Source: Candidatus Bathyarchaeota archaeon
GTDB taxonomy: Archaea > Thermoproteota > Bathyarchaeia > Bathyarchaeales > Bathyarchaeaceae
Length of the DNA stretch: 45,263 bases
Direction of reading: 5' to 3'
Assembly (NCBI GenBank): GCA_050115935.1
Contig: JASFPO010000002.1
Location: 1-45,263, forward strand
The notes below the pieces were generated by a model. It made no database searches. It was not told the DNA's origin and saw only the letters and a list, made by a program, of their open reading frames with translations. The translations under genes and the position numbers were made by a program. Below are positions 28,024 to 35,568 of this stretch, piece after piece (position 1 is the stretch's first letter; each line of letters opens with the position of its first letter).

Positions 28024-29507
28024 ACTTCACCTCTTCTTAAGTAACGATGGATAGATGCCGCGGCTCTCTTACCAGCAGCAATTGCCTCAATCACGCTTGC
28101 CGGCCCTGACACCACATCCCCACCAGCAAACACTCCGGGCATGCTTGTTTCCAGAGTGAGAGGATCTACGGCGATGGTATTCCATTCAGTGACTTCGACC
28201 ATCTCAGGGAGAAAGAAGATGTCTGGTAATTCACCGATGGCCAAGAGTATTGTGTCCAATTCCATGGTGAACTTCGAGCCCTTGATCGGTATTGGTCGTC
28301 TTCTACCACTCTCGTCAGGAGATCCTAATCTCATCCGAATACACTCTACAGCAGTAACTTGTTTATCCTTTTCTAAGATTTTCCTAGGCATCAACAGAAA
28401 ATGAATCTTTACGCCATTCCTTTCTGCTTCTTCTACCTCCAAAGGACTTGCAGGCATCTCTTCTCTAGATCTTCTATAGAGAATGTTAACCTCTTTGGCC
28501 CCGAGCTGGAGGGCGGTTCTAGCTACATCCATGGCAGTGTTGCCACCACCAACAACTCCGACTCTTTCTCCAAGTCTAGGTTGTCTCTGCAGGTTGACTT
28601 GACGCAGCAAATCAATGGCGTGTAGTATACCTCCCAAATCTTCACCTTCAACACGAAGCTTTCTGCTTTTGTGAGCTCCGGTTGCGACGAAAATCGCTTT
28701 ATATTCTTCCTTTTTTAGAAGGTCTCTGAACGACAGATCCTTACCAATGGCTGTGTTGGTTCTAATCTCTACTCCAAGATTTTCTATATACTTTATTTCC
28801 GCATCTACGACATCCTTGGGCAGCCGATATGTGGGTATTCCCACTCTTAACATCCCTCCAGGCTCAGACAGCGCCTCAAAAACTGTAACTGGAAATCCCA
28901 TCCTGATCAATTCCCAAGCTGTCGTAAGTCCAGCTGGGCCAGAACCGACTATAGCTATTCTTTCCTTACGCGTCTTAGGCAGAGGGGTTACTTCTCTTTT
29001 TCCATAGTCCGCAAGAGAGCGTTCAAGAAAATTTGAAATGTAGTTGTCAAGCTTACTGCGTTTGGGTTTTTCCTCACAGGGTCGTAGGGAAAGCCAACTG
29101 TAGACTAGAGGGAATGGAAATTGCTCTCCAAGAATTGCAAGAATTTCTTCAAGCTTGCTCAACACGTCTGGCAAATAGCCTCGTTCAACAGTCATCTCTC
29201 TTAATAGCAAGAAGATTTCCGGTAGTTTCAGCCCGTGGGGACATCTTTTGTAGCATCGATAGCACATTGCGCATATCCAGAGTCCTGTTTCGGACAGAAC
29301 GTTCTCCAAGCCAAGAGAGAGCTTGTTGAAAAAGACTCTTGGATTATAGAGCCCTGGAAAAACTCTTGCAACTGGGCAGGCTGCGGTGCAGGTTCCGCAT
29401 TCATAGCAATGTGCCAACATCTCAGCGTCGGGTGATCTTTTCGAAAGCTCCCGTGAGATTGCAGCTTGAGAGCTTCCCGAGGTGAACTGCTCTATCCTGT
29501 TGCTCAT
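28020..29507 (-). CDS. HdrC-like 2x[4Fe-4S] domain fused to a GltD/NfnB-type NAD(P)H-dependent flavin oxidoreductase
   Basis: 495 aa. The N-terminus CYECGTCTAACPV...CAMCYRCYKRCP parallels HdrC at 33686..34216 (CYQCGTCNVGCPV...CSACYTCRERCP). Dinucleotide motifs IAIVGSGPAGL and VGVVGGGNTAMD follow, as in glutamate synthase small-subunit-like proteins. Confidence 0.75.
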   Translation of the reverse strand: MSNRIEQFTSGSSQAAISRELSKRSPDAEMLAHCYECGTCTAACPVARVFPGLYNPRVFFNKLSLGLENVLSETGLWICAMCYRCYKRCPHGLKLPEIFLLLREMTVERGYLPDVLSKLEEILAILGEQFPFPLVYSWLSLRPCEEKPKRSKLDNYISNFLERSLADYGKREVTPLPKTRKERIAIVGSGPAGLTTAWELIRMGFPVTVFEALSEPGGMLRVGIPTYRLPKDVVDAEIKYIENLGVEIRTNTAIGKDLSFRDLLKKEEYKAIFVATGAHKSRKLRVEGEDLGGILHAIDLLRQVNLQRQPRLGERVGVVGGGNTAMDVARTALQLGAKEVNILYRRSREEMPASPLEVEEAERNGVKIHFLLMPRKILEKDKQVTAVECIRMRLGSPDESGRRRPIPIKGSKFTMELDTILLAIGELPDIFFLPEMVEVTEWNTIAVDPLTLETSMPGVFAGGDVVSGPASVIEAIAAGKRAAASIHRYLRRGEV

Positions 29508-29602
29508 CGATCTGGCGATCCTCCATGATGCAGCTTTGTTCCACTGTCTCCAAGGTCAAGAGCGATTCGAATGCCTGTTACTACACCGATACCCAGAATC
29601 AT
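29504..29602 (-). pseudogene. 32-codon mini-ORF resembling the N-terminal FAD-binding segment of HdrA (relic or micro-ORF)
   Basis: MILGIGVVTGIRIALDLGDSGTKLHHGGSPDR compares with [26 protein letters not shown] in the HdrA copies. Its ATG lies 1 nt after the FrhB-like stop, and its TGA overlaps the ATG of the HdrC::GltD gene. Confidence 0.45.
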
Positions 29603-29603
29603 C

Positions 29604-30785
29604 TTAGGATTTTCCCTTGAAGCTCTCCTCTCCAGCCAATTCCGAAAGCCTCTTCTCAGCCCTCGTTCTCTTCCTTCTGGCGAAGGAAACGATCTTGGCC
29701 AACATCCTAGTCTTCTCCAGTTCACTCTCCTTCGCATCTTCGAAGGTTCTCTCCTGAATGTAACCCTTACGAAGACTCTCATCGTAAATTGTCCTGCCTA
29801 CTTTTGTCCTTATAAGAGTTGAAGTATATCCGTCAGGTGAACCAAGTCCTCCGACCGAAATGTCGGCGTACTCGTTGCTGAAGTCTTGGCATGCAAAGCA
29901 TGCTGGGCGAGCGACTTCGTGTATCTCTTCCAATGGGACATGAATAGTCACACCTTTAGTGAGTGTGATTGTGAAGTCATCTTTGATGTTCAATTTGACG
30001 ATATCCTCTAGATTGATGTCGAGTTTCTTCTCCAGTCTTTCTCTTGCTACGTCATCAAACGAGAAATTTTCTATGCAAAATAGCCCTATCGTGTATTTTA
30101 TGAGGTGAGCTGGGAGAATTCCGAGGCATTGCATCTTTCGAATCGCATTGATCTGGCAGGGAGTTCCAACCACGGCTATATTCTGCTTATATCGTCTCTC
30201 TAGGTTCTTTACTGTGGATAGAATAGGAGTGTAAGTGGTATATTTTCCTCCTAACTCCTCTAGATGTTGGGATCCTGAGAATGTAGAGCCTGATGCTTCT
30301 ATGAGCTCCTCATGGGTTGAGGCTATCATGGGCTTTCTCGCGAATCGCCCTGTCTTTTTTGACACTAGAGCACCATTTATCAGGTTGCTATCCAGTAAGT
30401 ATAGGAGGAGAGAGGTAACTACGCCTCCGTCTGTGCAAATTTTCTTCACCTCTTTATTTGTCGTCTGAGCGGAGGTTATCCTATGATAGTCGCCTATAGG
30501 AGGCTTCCAGCCAAACTTCTCTTGGAGCTCCAAGTTTAGCTTATCTGTTTGAGGGCATATGAGGTAGCATATTCCGCATTTCAGGCAATTTTCCTCGTTG
30601 ATGTATTCCGGCACCTCATTCTTACCCATCTTGAGGGCGTTGAGTTCTCCCGCTGAGCAGAAGGAGACGCAGCCACCACACTTGCCACATATTCCCTTCT
30701 CGACTACTTCCATGGCTAAATCTTTGAATGTCTTAGTCTCCTCCATAGTAACCAAACCTAGAACGTTAGTATAATTTTGAACCAT
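29604..30785 (-). CDS. FrhB/FdhB-family (coenzyme F420 hydrogenase/dehydrogenase beta-like) flavo-iron-sulfur protein
   Basis: 393 aa. An N-terminal ferredoxin (CGKCGGCVSFC, CLKCGICYLICP) is followed by FrhB-like segments DGGVVTSLLLYLLD and VGTPCQINAIRKM. It is the first gene of the long minus-strand operon. Confidence 0.7.
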   Translation of the reverse strand: MVQNYTNVLGLVTMEETKTFKDLAMEVVEKGICGKCGGCVSFCSAGELNALKMGKNEVPEYINEENCLKCGICYLICPQTDKLNLELQEKFGWKPPIGDYHRITSAQTTNKEVKKICTDGGVVTSLLLYLLDSNLINGALVSKKTGRFARKPMIASTHEELIEASGSTFSGSQHLEELGGKYTTYTPILSTVKNLERRYKQNIAVVGTPCQINAIRKMQCLGILPAHLIKYTIGLFCIENFSFDDVARERLEKKLDINLEDIVKLNIKDDFTITLTKGVTIHVPLEEIHEVARPACFACQDFSNEYADISVGGLGSPDGYTSTLIRTKVGRTIYDESLRKGYIQERTFEDAKESELEKTRMLAKIVSFARRKRTRAEKRLSELAGEESFKGKS

Positions 30786-30889
30786 TATTTAGGAATTTCT
30801 CATGGGCAAATTACAGAACAACAGATATAAAGAAGCGATCTAATGGTATAGTTTCTCGTGAAAAAAGCAAGTCTAGGAGAGATTTCAGC

Positions 30890-32242
30890 TTGCCAAAGAA
30901 AATAGTAATTATCGGCGCAAACGCAGCTGGTGTTCACGCCGCAAACGCAGCTCGCAAAACCGATTCCAAGGTTGAAATTACTTTAATAGACAAAGAGAAA
31001 ATCCCAGCCTACTCGCGTTGCGGTATACCCTATGTCCTAGCTGGTGAGATACCAAGCTTTGAAGATCTCATGGCCTTTCCTCCAGCCCATTATAGAATGA
31101 TGAAGTTTGATCTACGCCTTGAAACCACGGCTAGGTCCATCAATCCAGAAGATAAAATTGTTCTAGTTGAAGACAAGAAAGGAAATTTCGAAGCACTAAA
31201 ATACGACTCGTTGATCCTCGCAACTGGTGCTGATCCGTTTATTATACCACTCAAGGGTCGCAACCTTCCAGGAGTGTTTGCGATGAGGTCGGTGGATGAC
31301 GGAAAAAGAATTCAAGAAGCGCTAAAGATGGCCAAGAGTGCTGCTGTTATCGGGGCTGGATTTATTGGTCTAGAAACGGCACATGCTATCGCGATGAATA
31401 AAATCAAAACTACGATCATTGAAGTTGTGCCCTACATTCTTCCTGCATTATTCGACGAAGATATGGCCGATTATACACAGAAGAAAATAGAAGGACATGG
31501 CGTAAACGTGGTAGTAGGCAAACGGGTAGATGCAATCCTAGGCAAAGAAAAGGTTGAAGGCGTAAGCGTAGCCGGAGAGAAAATAGAAGCAGATATTGTT
31601 GTCATGGCTGCAGGCATCAGACCAAGAACAGACTTGATAAGGGGACTCGGAGTAGAATTAGGTGTAACCCGAGCCATCAGAGTGAACCCAAGAATGGAGA
31701 CCACCATTTCCAGCATATTCGCGGCCGGAGACTGTGTAGAATCTCAAAGCTCGATCACAGGGTTGCCATGTCTTTATCAACTTGGAACCAACGCGGTTAG
31801 GCAGGGAACAACCGCTGGAGTAAATGCGGCAGGAGGATACGCTGCCAATCCTCGCGTGATTTGCAGTGCAGTTTCGAAAATCTTTGATTTTGAACTTGGT
31901 GCTGTAGGTCTCTCAGAGTATCAAGCTGCCAAGGTTGGCTTCCAAACACTTAGTGCAAGCATCACGGGAAAAACTCGGGCACCATATTTCCCGGGAGGAA
32001 AAGAAGTCAAAGTAAAAGTCATTGCTGAACCTGTTTTGGGAAGAATTATGGGAGCCCAGATAGTTGGCGGGGAAGACGTAGCGCAGAGGATTAACATGCT
32101 CTCTGTTGCGATACAAAAAGAAATGACGGCGTTAGAGCTTTCTGCGGCTGACACTAGTTATGCTCCTCCCGTAGCTGAGACTGTAGAGCCCGTAGCGACA
32201 GCCGCGGAGATCGTTGCCAAAAAAATACGTAGGCGTAGGTAG
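30890..32242 (+). CDS. Single-cysteine pyridine-nucleotide-disulfide oxidoreductase of the CoA-disulfide reductase / NAD(P)H sulfur oxidoreductase / NADH oxidase group
   Basis: 450 aa. It has KIVIIGANAAG, a redox Cys in AYSRCGIPYVLAGE (compare the CGIPYV motif of Pyrococcus-type CoADR/NSR), a second Rossmann AAVIGAGFIGLE and AAGDC. The TTG start follows AGGAGAG. Confidence 0.7.
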   Translation: MPKKIVIIGANAAGVHAANAARKTDSKVEITLIDKEKIPAYSRCGIPYVLAGEIPSFEDLMAFPPAHYRMMKFDLRLETTARSINPEDKIVLVEDKKGNFEALKYDSLILATGADPFIIPLKGRNLPGVFAMRSVDDGKRIQEALKMAKSAAVIGAGFIGLETAHAIAMNKIKTTIIEVVPYILPALFDEDMADYTQKKIEGHGVNVVVGKRVDAILGKEKVEGVSVAGEKIEADIVVMAAGIRPRTDLIRGLGVELGVTRAIRVNPRMETTISSIFAAGDCVESQSSITGLPCLYQLGTNAVRQGTTAGVNAAGGYAANPRVICSAVSKIFDFELGAVGLSEYQAAKVGFQTLSASITGKTRAPYFPGGKEVKVKVIAEPVLGRIMGAQIVGGEDVAQRINMLSVAIQKEMTALELSAADTSYAPPVAETVEPVATAAEIVAKKIRRRR

Positions 32243-32326
32243 GAACCTTCATTAGGACGCTGAACTCCAAGATTCAAGGCTAATCAAACCTAATGAAAGG
32301 CTGACAATCCCTAGAAGGATAAATGG

Positions 32327-32797
32327 ATGAAGGTTGGCATATACGACATTCCTGAGAATTACTATTACATTAAAGAACACGAGTGGATCTTAATAGAAAA
32401 CACTGACACAGCAAGAATTGGAATCACAGACTATGCTCAGAAAGCGTTGAGGGAGATTACTTACTTCTACACAGGAGAAAAGAATACTGAAGTCAAACGG
32501 ATGGAGACAATCTGCAAGATAGAGTCAGTAAAATGCGTTGCTGAGATATTAAGTCCCTTCTCAGGCATTGTTCTCAGATTTAATAACGGACTATTCGACA
32601 CTCCAAGTATCATAAACAGTGATCCTTATGGCAAAGGTTGGATAGCAATCATCCGCCCTTCAAACCTTGAAAAAGAGCAGGAAAAACTATTAAAACCAGA
32701 AATTTACGCAGAGCACATAAAAGCACTTACCAGAGTAGATGAAACTCTATTAATTCACAGATGGAAAAAGGGAATAGAGGAAAAAACGGGCGAATAA
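32327..32797 (+). CDS. GcvH-like lipoyl-carrier protein (copy 2, divergent)
   Basis: 156 aa. It has GITDYAQKAL and the lipoyl-lysine motif IESVKCVAEILSPFSG (Lys codon 32531-32533), plus a C-terminal extension relative to copy 1. Confidence 0.7.
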   Translation: MKVGIYDIPENYYYIKEHEWILIENTDTARIGITDYAQKALREITYFYTGEKNTEVKRMETICKIESVKCVAEILSPFSGIVLRFNNGLFDTPSIINSDPYGKGWIAIIRPSNLEKEQEKLLKPEIYAEHIKALTRVDETLLIHRWKKGIEEKTGE

Positions 32798-32808
32798 AGG
32801 GCTCTAAT

Positions 32809-33684
32809 CTAGACACCAAGCTTACTCAACAAGTCAGACGTCTTCACACGGTTCATGTCCAACCCCAACTCCTTTGGCGGCATTCCTAGAGCAAGCCCAA
32901 GGACTTGTGGGTAAAATAGTACTGGCAGATTATAAGCCGCATTAAATCTTCTCTCTATCACCCTCTGATTTCTGTCGTACATAGAACCACACAAGGGGCA
33001 CATCAGAACCATCGCGTCGGCGCCCATAGCATGGATGTGATCAAGTTTTCTCTGAGCCATTGTCAACGCGATCTTATCGTCAACGTCCAGAATCACTCCG
33101 CCACAACACTGCGTCTTATCCTCATATTCTACAGTTTCTGCGCCCAGTGCAGAGATAAGTTCATCTAGAGTTCTAGGAAACTCCGGGTTCTCGAATCTGT
33201 CAAAAACATCTGATGGCTTAAAGTAATGGCATCCATAGTGGGAGGCTACCTTGAGCCCTTCCAAGCTGTTTTTAACTTGGCTCTTAATCTTTTCAGGGCC
33301 AATATCTTCGTATAGAACACGCACAAAATGTCTAACTTTGAGCTTTCCTTTGTAAGCCCGACCTATTTTTCGCAGCTTCTCGTTGACCTTATGCCTTAGT
33401 TCATCATCATGCGTCAGCTCTTTGGAGGCTTCCGCTAGCGTGGAGGCGCAACCTGTGCAGATAGTGCATATATCTAAGCCCGTCTCTTCAGCAACACCTA
33501 GATCCCTAGCAGCTAGAAGCAAAGCTGTCTCATGGTCTACGGATCTTATGGGGAAGCCACAACAGGCAAAATCCTCAATGTCTATGAGTTCCATTCCGAG
33601 TTTTTTTGCGACATTCCTCGCTGAAAGCTCGAACTGCTTAGACATTACAGGTGAAAGGCACCCTGGGAAAAAGGCGTACTTCAC
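32809..33684 (-). CDS. hdrB: Heterodisulfide reductase subunit B (two CCG domains)
   Basis: 291 aa. It starts MKYAFFPGC... and has the CCG motifs FACCGFP and TQCCGG. Confidence 0.85.
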   Translation of the reverse strand: MKYAFFPGCLSPVMSKQFELSARNVAKKLGMELIDIEDFACCGFPIRSVDHETALLLAARDLGVAEETGLDICTICTGCASTLAEASKELTHDDELRHKVNEKLRKIGRAYKGKLKVRHFVRVLYEDIGPEKIKSQVKNSLEGLKVASHYGCHYFKPSDVFDRFENPEFPRTLDELISALGAETVEYEDKTQCCGGVILDVDDKIALTMAQRKLDHIHAMGADAMVLMCPLCGSMYDRNQRVIERRFNAAYNLPVLFYPQVLGLALGMPPKELGLDMNRVKTSDLLSKLGV

Positions 33685-33685
33685 T

Positions 33686-34216
33686 TTACTCTCCTCTTCC
33701 AGCGCTTGAGAGCTTGTTTAAGCCCGTTAGCTTAAAGATTTCCTGAACTTCCTCGTTTCTGGGTTGAATTCGCGGTAACCCAAGTTCTTTCCTTTTAGTG
33801 TTATCAAACTGGCTCACGGGGAACAGCTTGCCTTGGGTTCCTACGATCTCCACTCGCTTGGCAAAAGAGCTGTGAACATAACCTTCTTTTACTGCCAGAT
33901 TTTTCAGAGCATTCATCACATCAGCTATTCTAACATCCTGAGGACAACGTTCCCGACAAGTGTAACATGCAGAACACAGCCATATGAATTCATTTGAAAG
34001 GACCCTTTCTCTCATACCCAGCACGGTCATTCGTATGATCTTTCTGGGATTGTATTTCTCCTCTATCTCTCTAACCGGGCATCCGACGTTACATGTTCCA
34101 CATTGATAGCATCTCTTTATGTTCTGTCCTCCGGGAACCTTTGAAACTTCGTCTTTGAACTTAGGGTCGAGTTTAGTGACCACCAAAATAGGTCTCTCCA
34201 CATCTAATTTGACCAA
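33686..34216 (-). CDS. hdrC: Heterodisulfide reductase subunit C (2x[4Fe-4S])
   Basis: 176 aa with CYQCGTCNVGCP and CSACYTCRERCP. A 1-nt gap separates it from hdrB. Confidence 0.85.
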   Translation of the reverse strand: MVKLDVERPILVVTKLDPKFKDEVSKVPGGQNIKRCYQCGTCNVGCPVREIEEKYNPRKIIRMTVLGMRERVLSNEFIWLCSACYTCRERCPQDVRIADVMNALKNLAVKEGYVHSSFAKRVEIVGTQGKLFPVSQFDNTKRKELGLPRIQPRNEEVQEIFKLTGLNKLSSAGRGE

Positions 34217-34465
34217 CCAACTTCAGTAGTTGAATAGTCAGTTCGAGTCCCTCATTCTGAGAATAATATAAGACAGTCTGACTTGAATTTAAGTATTTTT
34301 TAGCGCGCGACAACATGGAAATCTCATTTATAGCCACAAGAATGACCCAGATGAAACTTCGACAAACGTGATTCCCTCTTTTCCCCTAAACCGGGCGTTC
34401 AGTCGGAAAATTAATATGGACAGTGTTGTTAAAGTATGCAAAACTGAGAAAAATGGTGATTTGGA

Positions 34466-35494
34466 ATGGTAACAAAAGTAGCTATAAACGGATTTGGCAG
34501 AATAGGAAGACTCCTGTACAGAGCAGCATTGGAAACTGGAACTGAAATCGATTTCGCAGTAGTCAACGATCTAACCGATGCAAGAACTCTTGCACACCTC
34601 TTGCAAAACGACACAGTCCATGGTAGACTGCCTTTCGACGTTGAAGCCAAGGAAAACACGCTCATCATTAAGAAAGATGGCGCTGTCAAACAGGAACTGA
34701 AAGTTTTGGCACAGCCCGACCCAGCGAAGCTACCTTGGGAAGAGATGGGAGTGTATTTGGCAGTGGAATCCACTGGAAGATTCAGAAAGAAAGAAGCTGC
34801 AGCAAAGCATCTGCAAGCTGGAGCAAAAAAAGTGTTGGTTTCAGCGCCGATGAGCCCAGCCACCAGCGCAGACCTAACCGTGGTTTATGGTGTAAACGAC
34901 AATAAGTACGACCCGCAAAAGCATCACATAATTTCCCTGGCCTCCTGCACAACAAATTGTGTGTCCCCTGTTGCCAAAGTGCTAAACGACAAATTCGGCA
35001 TCAAGGCAGGACTCATGACCACAGTCCACTCAGTCACCAACGATCAAAGACTCCTAGATATGCAACACAAAGACATGCGTCGAGCCAGATCAGCAGCTTT
35101 CAACATGATACCGACAACCACTGGTGCAGCGGTTGCAGCCACCTTGACGCTACCAGAACTCGCGGGAAGAATGAATGGAATGGCCATGCGTGTTCCGATT
35201 CCTGACGTCTCCATAGTTGATTTTGTGGTCACGCTTAACAGAGAAGTTACAAAGGAAGAAGTCAATGCAGCTTTCAAAGAAGCCGCAGGAAAGGAGTTGA
35301 AGGGAATTTTGGATTACAGTGAAGCACCTTTGGTGTCATCAGACTTGATTCACAATCCTTACTCGGCCATCGTCGACGGTCTTTCAACAATGGTCATCGG
35401 AAACCTAGTCAAAGTGTTAGCATGGTACGACAACGAGTGGGGTTACTCAGTTAAAATGGTGCGGATGATAGAGAAAATCTGCAGAATGGCTTAA
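34466..35494 (+). CDS. gap: Glyceraldehyde-3-phosphate dehydrogenase, class I (bacterial/eukaryotic type)
   Basis: 342 aa with INGFGRIGR at the N-terminus, the catalytic ASCTTNC motif and WYDNEWGYS near the C-terminus. Confidence 0.9.
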   Translation: MVTKVAINGFGRIGRLLYRAALETGTEIDFAVVNDLTDARTLAHLLQNDTVHGRLPFDVEAKENTLIIKKDGAVKQELKVLAQPDPAKLPWEEMGVYLAVESTGRFRKKEAAAKHLQAGAKKVLVSAPMSPATSADLTVVYGVNDNKYDPQKHHIISLASCTTNCVSPVAKVLNDKFGIKAGLMTTVHSVTNDQRLLDMQHKDMRRARSAAFNMIPTTTGAAVAATLTLPELAGRMNGMAMRVPIPDVSIVDFVVTLNREVTKEEVNAAFKEAAGKELKGILDYSEAPLVSSDLIHNPYSAIVDGLSTMVIGNLVKVLAWYDNEWGYSVKMVRMIEKICRMA

Positions 35495-35568
35495 CCCCAA
35501 CACATCAAAAGCTTCAACTAATCTGCGAACCCGTACGTGTATTTCCTTTGCGATAAGGAGGTTGGAGA

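Noticed and set aside
29603-29782. The upstream two thirds of the 92-aa ORF 29504..29782
   Set aside because: It overlaps the 3' end of the FrhB-like gene on the same strand in another frame and is Arg-rich nonsense. Only the last 32 codons (29504-29602) carry the HdrA-like signal.
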